A stretch of DNA of 54,207 bases, filler included, from Dirinaria sp. TL-2023a (taxonomy: Eukaryota), in the NCBI GenBank assembly GCA_051941275.1. It is 4 parts of 4 records of this genome, joined end to end, with 100 filler letters (N's around TTAATTAATTAA, not from the genome) between each part and the next. Parts side by side here need not be neighbours in the genome. Positions count along the whole stretch, not along the records: positions 1 to 13,482 come from JAVEBF010000682.1; 3 more parts are not named here. One strand, given 5' to 3'. Below, piece by piece: positions 1-11,343 of this stretch (within the stretch, counting starts at the first letter, position 1; each line of letters starts with the position of its first letter). Under the pieces are notes generated by a model. That model was not told the DNA's origin and did no database searches. It saw only the letters and a list, made by a program, of their open reading frames with translations. Made by a program: the position numbers and the translations under genes.

Positions 1-460
1 TTTCACTTAGATCTCTGTCGGATTATAATCAAACAAACAATACTTTCCAACCCAAAACCACAGTCCCAGATCAAGCTAAATTCGATTGTCAGTCAAAAAG
101 GAAGAGCTGCAAGACATCACACTAACCCAATCAAGGTTTCACTTAGATCTCCATCGGGTTGAAATCAAGAAAATAATACTTTCAGCTTCGAAAGACAGTC
201 CCAAATCAAGCTAAATTCGATTGTCAATCAAAAAGGAACCTAATTGCCCAACCCAATCAAGGTTCCTATTAAACCTCTATTGAATTACAACAAGAAAACA
301 ATTCTTTCATCCAGCTTGCAAAGACAGTCTTACAAACCAAAACCAATCCAATCTCATCGACGACGACGATCTCTATTTTTGAGCCAAGAAAGAAAGAGAG
401 CCTGCAAAGCGGAGGTTCCTACTGAGTCTCTGTCGCTGGCGAGATCTTGTCAGAACAACA
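1..460. repeat. Degenerate tandem repeat, ~126-153 bp unit, about 4 copies (may extend left of window)
   Basis: TTTCACTTAGATCTC at 1 and 137. ACAGTCCCA.ATCAAGCTAAATTCGATTGTCA.TCAAAAAGGAA occurs twice. AACCCAATCAAGG occurs at ~124 and ~250. Decayed copies start at ~263 and ~416. Confidence 0.8.
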
Positions 461-1774
461 ATGCTTTCAGATTTAAATGATAAGGTACCTTAGTCCCAAG
501 AGTTCAAAAGCAAGAAAAATATGACGTCCATACAAGCGCGCGGGGACCAATAACCTACCTTTCCTTGCCGGAGGGAAAAAAAGACGAAAAAAAAGCTAGC
601 ATAAATGCGCAAAACGGGCTAACGTTATCGTGGCTAACGTTCATGCGAACAACCTAGGTTCGCTTAATTTTATGAATATTGAATAATGCGCGGTCAGATT
701 ATCAGATTACCAAAGGTACTATGTATGATACTTGTCTTGACGCCCGTGTAGATTTTCTTTGGTTTTCGGATTATGTCCACTTGCGCGTGGGGTGCAAAGA
801 GTAACGTCTTTTTTTTTTTTTTTTTTTTTTTGGAAAGCTTTTAAGAAGCGATGGGTTCGTAAGAGCAATACTAATGGATATGATCAGCTAGAATTTGGTT
901 TTCTTGATCAAGTTGAAGTTCTCAAGGAATAAAAGCGTCGTTATTGTTATTTTGGCTCTTTCTGTATGGTCCAAGTATTGTGGGTAGGTAAGGTAGCTAG
1001 CGCAAAGATGGGCTCTGCGTGCTTTGTACAAGTACCCACCCGCCCGCACAAGGCTCTACGAACCGGTGAGGGTTTCTTTCAAAAGTTGGCTAAGTGATGA
1101 TTGAGGCTTATGGAAGACGATAATTAATAAAATGGATCAATAAATGGTAGAGGGAGCATTTCTCAATGAGGCATGATTTCTGTAGGTATCCAACCCTAAT
1201 CGCGATGTTGGCCTTCCCGATCTGGTTGCGCCTCCTCAGCCAATCGAACCTCTCCCCCGAAAAGGCCGAAACGGAGATCAGCCCTACGACTCCGAAATGC
1301 TCGACTTTGTCTACCCTCCATTCCTACTGTTCCTTTATGCATATGGGGAAGGCCCCCCAATCCATAATCCACTCGGCTTCCATGAATCACCATCACCACT
1401 GTTGGTTCCATTTGGTTCCATTTGGAAGGCCGGAGTGCATGCTCGGCGGATCTTGCCCATACAAGGCGGGCGGATGAGGCGCATTCGGCTTTTTCCATTT
1501 TGCGCAATAATAATGCACGGGACCAACAGGCTCCGTTTCACGCCTTCCTCCCTTGGTGAGAGAGAGAGAGCGCACGGTAAAGCCCAAAAAGCGACGAAGA
1601 CAGAGCTTGTGGCGCAAACCCGCTGTGCGACCTTGCAACGCATGATTCTTTGCGATGCATTTAGAACCGAGGATGTCTCATACCTGTTTCTTCTGTGCGC
1701 TTTTTACACTCTTGTCGACCTCGTTCTCAAAAAAGTTGCCTTTTGCTCGGTGATCCTGCGAAGCGTCGCTCAAG

Positions 1775-3083
1775 ATGAGAGGGATATCGATATCTGCTGG
1801 CACGATCTTGCAGCTGTATATCAATTATCCGCACTGGCGGCTTTCGGTGGCCTTGAGACTTTTCGTGACGTTGCTTGCTGCGACGGTGATAACCTGCGAT
1901 GCTTTTATTCTGAGATGGAAGCTGTTGTCTACTGGCGTGCCGTGGTGGAACTTCCAACTGTTGAATACAGGGATACCGTTCGTCGTAGTAAGTCTTCAAG
2001 TGACATTACAGGGCGACTTTTTTGACAGACCCTATCCAGTGCGCACTCTCCGTCTTGTGGACCATAGCCAGCCTCATCAAACTCTTCGTTAGCCGGAAGC
2101 CAATCCATCCAGGCGCAGACATTGGGGTCGACCTCTTCATCTGCATCTTACTTGCCCCGACAATTGTCTTCGCTATTCTTGGACCGGCAAATCACTGGCA
2201 CTCAAGCGGCAAGTATGGAATTCGAACCGTCGCAGGCAAGTTGGAACTTGCGGCAATTGTGGGCCTTATAATCATGCTGTGGGTAATGTTCGAAGATGAC
2301 GGAATGGGTGGGTGCTGACAATCGCATAGCCCAATTCATTTCGCTTTCTTCGTGTGGGCCTGTCGGAGGGTCGATGTGAAGAGAAGGCTCGAGCGGAGGG
2401 AAAGCTGCGATCGGTGCCTGACAATGAGACTGAAGGAGGACATGGCATCGCGCGGTTCTGACATTGTGCCTATGCCGTCCAGAGCCTATCATAAGATTCA
2501 GGACGACCACATCTGGATTTCGCCGACACCAACGTCCCCGACGCGGGACTTTCCCTCAGTCCGTGGTACGAGTACCGGAACACCTCCAACACCTCCAACA
2601 CCTCCAACACCTTCAACAGCGATATCTCCAAGCTTCATATCCCCTGTTCCAACAGAGACGGTTCCCAACCGATCCCCGCGTGTAGGAGAGAGATATCACG
2701 AGCTTGACGTTGAGCAGCAGCACATCACTTACGTCTCGACAAGTCCTCGTAGTCCACGATACCGGTTCGAGGATAGCGATGACGACGAGTCAGCTCCACC
2801 AACTCCGCCTCCGAAACTCCAGTACCGCGGGCGTGACAGTGCATTTCATGAAGATGTAGCCGATGAGTCTTCATTTCATCGTTTTCAAAAAGCAAGGCTG
2901 AAGTTAGCGGCAATGACCAATTCAGACAAGCCGTCAATATCAATACCCAATGTAGGACCATTAAAGAGACCGTATGGTTCAGAGTGGCCGGGAGATGGGA
3001 GAAGAGACGCTCTCAGGGTGGGGCCAGCCACTCGTGCATACTCTATAAGTAGTTATTACTACTCTAATGGCAACGAAATTTGA
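1775..3083 (+). CDS. Hypothetical multi-pass membrane protein (about 4 TM, MARVEL-like) with a Pro/Ser/Thr-rich cytoplasmic tail; exons 1775-1987, 2040-2278, 2330-3083
   Basis: Three ORF-track ORFs join in frame through GTAAGT..CAG (1988-2039) and GTGGGT..CTGAC..TAG (2279-2329). The protein has hydrophobic segments, a PIHPGADIGVDL motif, an IHFAFFVWAC motif and TPP repeats. Confidence 0.75.
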
Positions 3084-3301
3084 CCGCTCGTTCGCTGCTA
3101 TCCTGCTAGTGACTGTGTCAGTGACCAAGCATTGGTAGTGAGACCTCTCAGTAAATGAAATATCCCCGTACTTTAAAGTAGAGTGTTAGATCTGGGTTGA
3201 CGATCGATGCCTTGTGTCATACCGACAGGTTTCGGGAAACACCTTGCGCAATGCCTGCGAGGTATGATCAAGAGCGGGTGGCTTTGACGAGCGTCTTTTC
3301 T

Positions 3302-3868
3302 TCATGATTCTGCCATATTGTTCAACGCCTCCAAGATCGGGCCACACGTATCATACACCTTTTGCTTCTCTTCCGTCTTCATCTTCCTCAACACGTAAGC
3401 TGCCACATCTGCGCTCTCCCGGCTCAAGGGGCGCCCAATCCCGATCCCGATTCGTGTAAATTCTACACCTTGCAGCCTTAACATACAATCTTTGATCCCG
3501 TTATGCCCTTTCGCACTGCCACCGGCCTTGATTTTAACCTTGCCCAACTGTCCCTCGAGATCGTCATGCAGAATGACCAATTTCGCGGACAACCGCTCTT
3601 CGGCCGTGGGAAGATCGTTCAGAAAGGCTTTCCAAGAAGTGACGAGTAGTTTTCCGGAGTCATTCATCAGCGACGGGCTCTGCCAGAGTGTGAAAAGCTG
3701 GCCGCGCGTGAGGAGGCCTTTTCCGTAGGATTTGTCGCGCGCAAAAGCGGGATAGAAGAGCAGTTCTCGCAAACCTTCTATGACGGTGTGGCCGGCGGAA
3801 TGGAATGTATCTTTATAGGCTGGGGAAGGGTTGCCTAGGGAGGCGACGAAGATAGGACGGAGCGCCAT
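3302..3868 (-). CDS. PTH1: Peptidyl-tRNA hydrolase (Pth1 family, probably mitochondrial)
   Basis: Motifs SLGNP, T.HSAG, MNDSG, HDDL, GGSAKGHNG and RIGIGIGRP; single exon. Confidence 0.93.
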   Translation of the reverse strand: MALRPIFVASLGNPSPAYKDTFHSAGHTVIEGLRELLFYPAFARDKSYGKGLLTRGQLFTLWQSPSLMNDSGKLLVTSWKAFLNDLPTAEERLSAKLVILHDDLEGQLGKVKIKAGGSAKGHNGIKDCMLRLQGVEFTRIGIGIGRPLSRESADVAAYVLRKMKTEEKQKVYDTCGPILEALNNMAES

Positions 3869-4204
3869 TGTAAGGGGTTACTTGTTTGAAAAGTATTGTA
3901 TCCAAGGGTAATTGCTATGATATAATTTGGAAACAGGACTGGACGAAAAATAAAAGCTAAGAGTACATGGTAAAGAAATGGGTGACATGCTGAAGAAGGC
4001 CTTTATATAAGGTGAGTAAGAAATCATGAAAGGAGTCATCGCAATGAAATGATTCCCAGCAAAGGCAAAGAAAAGGCTTGCCAAGGCGCGCTAGTACTGT
4101 TGAGGAAATGTTGACCGCAAATAAACCACTCCCGCCCAGAATCCACCGGTACGAGTACGACAAGCTGCTCAACATACTGTGTCTAAGTGCAGCCGTGGTG
4201 GAGG

Positions 4205-5110
4205 ATGGGAAAGGCCAAAAAGGCAAAACCAAATCGAGCTCTGAGCAAGCCTTACAACAAAGAAAGCCTGTCAAAATTGAAAAGTAGACGGCCATTGCCC
4301 CGCAAACCCGGAACGACTCCTGACCAGGCTCCAACTATCCCCTTTGGACCGGCAGACCGCATTCTGCTGGTTGGCGAAGGTATGCTACTCTGAAATTTTG
4401 GCTCGTGCGATTGCTAATGGCCTGAATAGGCGATTTCTCTTTCGCCCGCTCTTTACTCAATACCCACGGATGCAGCTCTCTGGTCGCAACATGCTATGAC
4501 AATCATTCCGTGCTGTTGGAGAAATATCCTCAAGCCCGGACCTACGTTGACGAGCTTGAGGCCGAAGTTGATGTGCAGGTGGTCTATAATGTCGATGCGA
4601 CAAAGCTGAGCAAGGCGCCGAGATGCATCAGAGATGGAACCTTTGATCGGATTGTCTTCAACTTCCCTCATGTCGGTGGATTGACGAAGGATGTGAATAG
4701 GCAAGTCAGACATAATCAGGGTGAATTGTCCTAGAAAGTTCAAGGAGGTTTCCGCTAAACATTGATGTATAGAGCTTCTGGTTGGATTTTTCAATTCTGC
4801 GCTTCCTTTGCTGTCTCCAACGGGCCTGGTGGTCCTTACCATATTCGAGGGCGAGCCTTATACTCTTTGGAACGTTCGTGATCTGGGGAGACATGTTGGC
4901 CTGAAAGTCGGAAGGAGCTTCAAATTCGAAGCCACTGCATATCCCGGCTATAAGCATGCTCGAACTTTAGGGAATATCAAGGACGGCGGTGGATGGAAGG
5001 GCGAAGACCGTGGATCGAGGACCTACCTATTCGAGTCGGATGATAGAGAAACTCAGCAACCTTCCCCAGAGAAGGTGAGGCGATATGACACTGATGATAG
5101 TGATGACTGA
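4205..5110 (+). CDS. BMT5: 25S rRNA (uridine-N3)-methyltransferase, BMT5/DUF2431 family; introns 4380-4429 and 4721-4772
   Basis: ILLVGEG|DFSFA, VDATKL, FDRIVFNFPHVGG, GEPYTLWNVR and YPGYKH.RT; both GT-AG introns restore the frame. Confidence 0.9.
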
Positions 5111-5245
5111 ATATTGAGGAGAGGCTCGGATAATATCCAAAAAGGCTATCGCTCCCCAACTCCGACGCTGACAGAGCCCCGATTGCGCTACATACACGTG
5201 TTTGCTACTTTGGTGAGCCCTTAACCCGGAAGCCGGCTAAAACAG

Positions 5246-6602
5246 CTAGGAGATGTAGACCTTGCTGATCTTTGATGACTCGAACACCTCTGAAGTCGTT
5301 GGGTCTTTGACCCAGCCCTCACCGAGGCCAACCTTTGCACTCATCTCAAGCAAACGGTCTCGTCCATACAGTCTGCCGTTGGGCAGTACAATCGGATCGT
5401 TTTCGACATGGCTTTTGGTATGATGCGCATACGGCAGGTTTCGAGCAAGCTCGTTTAGTTCCGTCGAGCATATCGGGCACACAGAAGTCGTCGACGAGCT
5501 AGCGTTTGCCGTGCTACTCGCGTGTTTCGAATGACATGATGGCGTCTTGAGTGCTGACAGACCTGCTGAGAGCGCGATATGCAGAAGAGGGCACGGAGGG
5601 AGTGAAAAAAGTTCGTGGTGGGTTTTGACAAAAAGATTGGCTAAAGAGTCCCATCGAGCTTGTGAGAACATAGTCTGCTATTGTCAGCTCCGTAACCATG
5701 GCCTAGTGGTTGATTTACCCTGTATGGATCCATGCGTGTATTGGCGGAGTATGCTAGTATGCCGGCAGCTCTGTCAGCCTCGGGCTGCCGCCCTTCGATT
5801 TTCTCCATGATATATTTTTGAGCGTGTCGTCTTGCTTCAACCGTTTGGCCAGACCTTTGTAGCTCGATGTACTGCTGAAGTCGTAGCTCGAATTCAAGAT
5901 TATTCTGGAACCGGCGTTAGCATTGGTTAACGCTATGTTGACTGGCCTGTCCCAATTTCTGCGCTCACATTCATCTTCTTCAATGCCGGCCTATTTTCAA
6001 GGCACCAGGCCAGACACTCGGCCGTGCTTCTCCTGCGTAGACTCTGCTCGACGGCATAACACTGTACGAAGACGTCCAGATCCACCAACTCGTTGATACC
6101 CTTCTCCTCGGCTAACGCAATTGCACTCTCTGAATAGCCACTTCTTAGAAGATAATCTACCAGTAACCTATCTAACCGTACCCTCGACCATTTTTCATAC
6201 TTGACATCGGCCAAGCTTGGAATCTCATACAACTCCTGCAAATGCTGTATTCTTTTTCTGGACTGCTGATTGAGGACCTTCTCTTCTTCGTGTAGGCCTT
6301 CTAGTTTACGTTTCAAGCCTTGCATACGATTTATCATCGTGTCTAGGGAGGCAAGGGTCTGGTTGACGTCGAGACCTTGGTTCGACATACTGGCCGTGGT
6401 TGGGAGAGCAGTGAGGATTGTTTCTTTCTCTCGCTCGACGAGCTTCTGAGCGGTCTTGAAATTCTTGCGGGAGACTTCATAAGGTAGACGGAGCAATGGC
6501 TGATCCTAAGATGTCTTAGTGAGTAGGTTCGGAAGAAAACTCAGTACCAACTAAAAGCAGATGATTTTCGGCATTGAGCTTCGTTGTCGTCAGCTCTGCC
6601 AT
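5246..6602 (-). CDS. FYV10: GID/CTLH E3 ligase subunit Fyv10/Gid9 (MAEA homologue); 4 exons
   Basis: MAELTTTKLNAENHLLL|DQPLLRLPYE, LisH-like RLDRLLVDYLLRSGY, CTLH CLAWC.EN..LEFELRLQQYIEL, GLSALKTPSC and degenerate RING CPICSTELNELARNLPYAHH. Confidence 0.92.
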
Positions 6603-7117
6603 TCTGACGGCTGGTGAGGAGATTTAACAAAAGTTCGAGCTGGTTAAGACTGCTTTGTATACTGCTTGGAGAGGCAGGCTTACGAGCTCTGCCAATTTTA
6701 TAAGATGTCACCGAGCATGGTTGGAACAAATCACAAAATGCATTGGCAACTACCCACCCTGTAACTCCTTGAAGTAATGTGACGTCTTTACACCCGCAGC
6801 GAGGTTTATCCGGCAGTCGCAGAGAGGGGCACTTCCGAGGGCACCCGCGACCTACACTATCTTGCATTCTGTACAAGGCTTGGCACTTCGCTTCTCTTGC
6901 GAATAATCATCCCAAATAATCTGAATAAACTATGTTCACCTGATCTGCCTCTACTTGTGACTTCCTGAGCACATAGGCAGAATGTCCAAGCCATGCTACA
7001 TCAGCAAAGCCTGAGATTCATGTTCAGACACGTCGGAGTCCTACATGCGGTTTAATCCTCGGTTGCCCTAAAAACCAACATCCGCGACTTCCCTAAGGTC
7101 TGGTGTCAGGTGCTGGC

Positions 7118-8451
7118 ATGGCTGACCCTACTTCGATGAATATTGAGCGAGCTTCGCTCTCCTCGCTGCCTTACGACATCCTCTATCAAATTTCTTCTGA
7201 CTTGGCATCATCTTCTACCAAATCGCGGTACATTCAAAAACCGTGGAGCAGTCTCTCCCTAACCTGCCGTCCTCTCAGAGATGCTACCCTGCCTGAGATG
7301 TTCAGGAACTTGGCGATTAGTGGAAGTTGGAGCGAAGCTATGGATAGATTGGAAGATTTGCAGAAGCATCCAAATCTCCTAGCCTATGTAAGGTCTGTAG
7401 CCCAACTGTCTTTGTGTCCACATGAGGACGCTTTTGTAGCGTTTTCCCTAATCTTTCGTATGTTCAGACTCTGGCAATGCGTAACATGCAAATACCGCCC
7501 GGGAAATCGATGCGGCCATTGGGAAATGTTGCCTTGCTAAGGGCTTGCCGAAAATATGTCTGGGTGGGCTGAGGTTGACTTCTTCACAGGTATTTCCGGA
7601 TCGATGTTCATACAAAGAATCTTGACGACGCTCCACCTCGGCACATGCCGGGAACTTTGTTCGAAGTCATCTCTATAATGGCCCGGCTGCAGCGACTGGA
7701 ATTTGTAATCCCGGAAGATCACACGGCGGTTTTCGAAGCAGCGTTGCAACAAGCTAAGATAGATCTCTCCAAGATTTCGTCACTTACCTTGGGACCGCAC
7801 TGCGATTTCATGGTTGCTTGTTGTCCAAACATTGAGATACTCTCTTCCAATACGCAGCATTGGCTCCGAACGCAAAGAGCCAAAAGCGAATTAGATTGGA
7901 TCTATGACTCAAGCAGAGCGCATTTCCTTCCAATGATATCAGCAGCGTCCAAATGCCCAAATCTGTCTCATCTGGTGCTTGATAATTGGTGGACTACTGA
8001 TACCATTGAGGCAGTCCTGGTCAATGTGCCGAAATTGCAATGGCTCGAATTGGAAGGATGCCGTTACGAAGACGGATTATCCAAGCTCTTGCCTCTTCTA
8101 TCCCAGTTGAAAAATTTACGGTGTCTGTCACTCCCAGAGCCACGATATCTAGAAATCGGATTCAGACTACCCGAGGTCGGCTCCATCAGATGTTCGAACC
8201 GTGCAGGAATGCGAAAATACTTCGAGGCCGAGCGTGGAAAAGCGACAGCAAAGGTTGCAAAGACAGTGTTTTCGGTCTGTAAAGCAAACCTTGAAAATCT
8301 GTGGATTGGCGGCGTGCGTGTATTAGAGGTCGTCCGAGCTAAGAACGGTCACCCAGTACGGACTAAGTGGTATTTGGAGGATGCTGAGAAGGCCGACAAA
8401 TTGACGGCCTTGGATCTTACAAGCCAAATTCTTTTGTTGGATGGGAGATAA
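7118..8451 (+). CDS. F-box-like / leucine-rich-repeat protein; probable intron 7393-7589
   Basis: N-terminal LSSLPYDILYQI...LSLTCRPLR, followed by LxxLxL repeats (CPNIEILS, CPNLSHLVL, PKLQWLEL, LKNLRCLSL). GTCTGT..TTGAC..CAG joins the two ORFs in frame. Confidence 0.7.
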
Positions 8452-9708
8452 GTCGTACAACATTCCGACCACCAGATCCGTCCTAGGGATAGTATTTTCT
8501 CGAACACAGACATGAAAGTTTCGATCGTGTCAATATGCTTCAATGTCTCGCAGCTTCGGACCCCTTGTGAGAACATTTGCCTCGAGGTATTCCCTTTCAG
8601 ACGGTAATCGGGCGTGTAGAAAGGCCAATCACCGTTGTTAGTCATCACCGATACCTCAATTGTCTGATAGAAGGCTGGACCATTTCGATTCTTCGAAGTG
8701 GTTTCTCGTGCCGAGGTCAGAACGATATGTTTTAGGAGCGTGCTTTCATAAGTGCCTTGCACTGGACGATATCCTATCGGCTCCACTGCAAAAGCGGATG
8801 ACGTGAAGCCTCCAGAACCCCGGCTCAGCAAAGACGACGAAGAGGCGGTACAAGCGCAAAAACTCGTGAAGGAGAAATTACTCGGTACACAAGCTTATAG
8901 ATAAGCGTTAGGAGTAAGGACGACTGATTACCAAAGCCAGCTTTAAGCTCCTTATCCGCTAGACCGCGCAGTGACCGAAGCATGAGCAAAACAATGTTGC
9001 AATGCCTTCCACGCTTTAGTATCGTGTATTCGATGTATGCAGGGTGTTGATAACAGAGTCGAAGTTCGATGCGGTACAAGCAATGCTATCGATGATTGAA
9101 GCAATGATTGTTAACCATCGAGATGAGTTGGCTCTGAGAGTATAGAAATAATTTCTCCTGTTCTAAGATATAAGGATAAAATAATGATTCTGTCGAATCG
9201 TAAAAGATATACAAGACGTATGCAGTAGCAACGAGTATCAAGCGAAGCTACTGCGTCTGAGACCCTCTATAGTTCTCGAAATTCGTAATCGTTCATCGTG
9301 GCGTTCTAGCTTTGCTCGACTAAGCTGCTGAAAATAGATCTGAATCTTCTATTCATCCTCAGCAGTAGATCGATCGAACTAGAAGTAGGAAATTCTCTTT
9401 CTCAATCGTCTATTTCGCAGGATGACGACCCAATGTTAGCCAAAAGCGTAAGGCACAAATTGTGACAAACATCTGTCGGATCCCGCTGTGTATCTTACTT
9501 GAAGGCTCATCAGTGACATCAAAAAGGATCTGTGCGTTGAAAATAGAGTCAAAAATCGTGATGTCATGATAGGTTTGATCATCCATGAATAAGTATCCTT
9601 CTCACAAGTCTGCAGTAGCGTTGGTAACCGAGAAAAACCTCTAGATGGGAAGGAGATTCCTGCGAGGCGCTCTTGGAGGCTGACTGTCACTGTATCAGAC
9701 CACGTACC

Positions 9709-10776
9709 TTATTCAGACCTGTCAGTAATCGCAGTGCCCTTAACAGCCAAGCCGCCTTCAGAGCCTTCGATCCAGACCTCATACTCTCCAGGAGCCTTTT
9801 TCTTTCCACACACTGTCATCTTCTCCTCCGCATATAGCGGAGCCAGATTCTTGTACTCCACTCGCACAATTTTCTCAGTACTGGGACCCAGATGCCCCTG
9901 CAGCATCTCTAACATCAGCACCAAACTCAGCGGCCCGTGCACGAGCAGGTTCCTGTGACCCTCAACTTGCTGGCAGTACTGTTTATCCAGATGAATGCGG
10001 TGAGCATTGAACGTCAGCGCAGAGAAGCGGAATAGCAGCCCTGGTGTCGGGATTAAAGAATGGGAGTAATGCGGCTCAGCGGGCGGTTTTAGATTCTTCA
10101 TTTTCGGCGCTGGAGCATCTGCAGGGCGGTCACGCATGAACACCAGCGTACGCCCCTCTGTTATCAAGGGACTCGATCTGTCATTCAACACCAGACGCCT
10201 GAGTCGTACAAATACTTTCTCTTCACCTTCACTACCCTTGACTTCTACATTCGCAATCTTCTCCGACAGCGAGCATGGTTTACAGTCGAAGGGCAAGTCC
10301 TGATCGAAATGCATGAATCCTCCCGCCCACATGCGCCGGCTAAATGGCTCGCCGGGTGAGTGTGCCGGATCCGTGCCATCTGTCAAAAGGTAGGACAAAG
10401 GATCAGGAGGCGGGAAATGAATCAGATGATATCCTGGTGGGGCGTATTTGGCACTTTGGCGCTTCCTACTAAGCGTATCGTGGTAAGACTTCGGAAGGAA
10501 GTCATGGAGAGTGTTGTGTAGTAGATTTGAAGGGATCTGTTGAGGGCAATCTGGAATGAGGACGGAAGGCCGGGATGTCAATTCAGAATGGAGGTGAGCG
10601 AGCGAATGCGTGCGCGGGAGCGGGGGAGCGCTTCCGGCGAAGAAGGCATTGTTGGCAGCTTCAACTTGCGCGGAGGAGGAGTAGAACCTAGAAAGACGGA
10701 GACTGAAGATAGAGGTACCGGACGGTAGAGAATGTGGCAAAAGAGAAGAGAGAGAAAGCTGTGATTTTGAAAACAT
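9709..10776 (-). CDS. HTD2: Hotdog-fold hydroxyacyl-thioester dehydratase (HTD2 / itaconyl- or mesaconyl-CoA hydratase family), probably mitochondrial
   Basis: DGTD..HSPG.PF.RRMWAGG, LLFRFSALTFNAHRIHLD and LVHGPL motifs; Ser/Leu/Arg-rich presequence-like N-terminus. Confidence 0.8.
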   Translation of the reverse strand: MFSKSQLSLSSLLPHSLPSGTSIFSLRLSRFYSSSAQVEAANNAFFAGSAPPLPRTHSLAHLHSELTSRPSVLIPDCPQQIPSNLLHNTLHDFLPKSYHDTLSRKRQSAKYAPPGYHLIHFPPPDPLSYLLTDGTDPAHSPGEPFSRRMWAGGFMHFDQDLPFDCKPCSLSEKIANVEVKGSEGEEKVFVRLRRLVLNDRSSPLITEGRTLVFMRDRPADAPAPKMKNLKPPAEPHYSHSLIPTPGLLFRFSALTFNAHRIHLDKQYCQQVEGHRNLLVHGPLSLVLMLEMLQGHLGPSTEKIVRVEYKNLAPLYAEEKMTVCGKKKAPGEYEVWIEGSEGGLAVKGTAITDRSE

Positions 10777-11343
10777 TCGTGTTTAGCCCGCAGGTCAAAA
10801 TTGAGACTATTCCAAATGATTTTTTGGTAGAAGTACTTACATTCTGTAGACAATCAAATAAGTCTTACGTAGGAAAGAATTAAATACGAGTATATGTTCC
10901 TCCCCCTGATAGACGTAGTTCATACTTCTTGGCATCCCCCCCCCAGACTCCAAGTGCGCATCGGGGATGCGAGCTTGCCAGGGGGATGATGAGATAGGCT
11001 AGGAAGTACCTGCTGGTAGTGGAAGGTACCGAGGGTACCGGCCCAGGGGCCCGGGGGCCCGAGGCCATACAACTAAGGTTGTAAGGTACCTTAAGGTAAG
11101 GTAAGGTAGGTACCTCTAAGCCCTACCTTAAGGTGAGGTAGGCATGGCTTGGCTTGGCTTTCTACGTCACCGCCAAGCCTAAAGCCCAGAGGCGAGTGTA
11201 CCTTGCAAGTAGTGTACTTTAGGTAGCGAAGTAGCCCCGTGATAGCTTTGATTCAATGCTCTGACAGTAAGCAAGCACATTCAAAAGCTTCATGGCCGCA
11301 AGATCTACCATTCACAAGTTCGAGCAAAGCTAATGTGGGCATA

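Noticed and set aside
808..832. Poly(T) tracts (also ~28857-28901) as retroelement tails
   Set aside because: No adjacent element body or target-site duplication; ordinary homopolymers.
1297..2025. 242-aa + strand ORF
   Set aside because: No recognisable motif, and it overlaps the better-supported spliced gene starting at 1775 in a different frame.
6944..6980. Hairpin CTGCCT..TGTG..CACA.AGGCAG with nearby CTGAGA, considered as an H/ACA snoRNA or TPP riboswitch
   Set aside because: No H box or ACA in the correct place and no TPP aptamer core; isolated hairpin in a divergent promoter.
7388..7589. Possible [D5,6] stwintron (GTAAG|internal intron|A)
   Set aside because: Double splicing gives an out-of-frame product with an early stop, whereas a single intron restores the frame.
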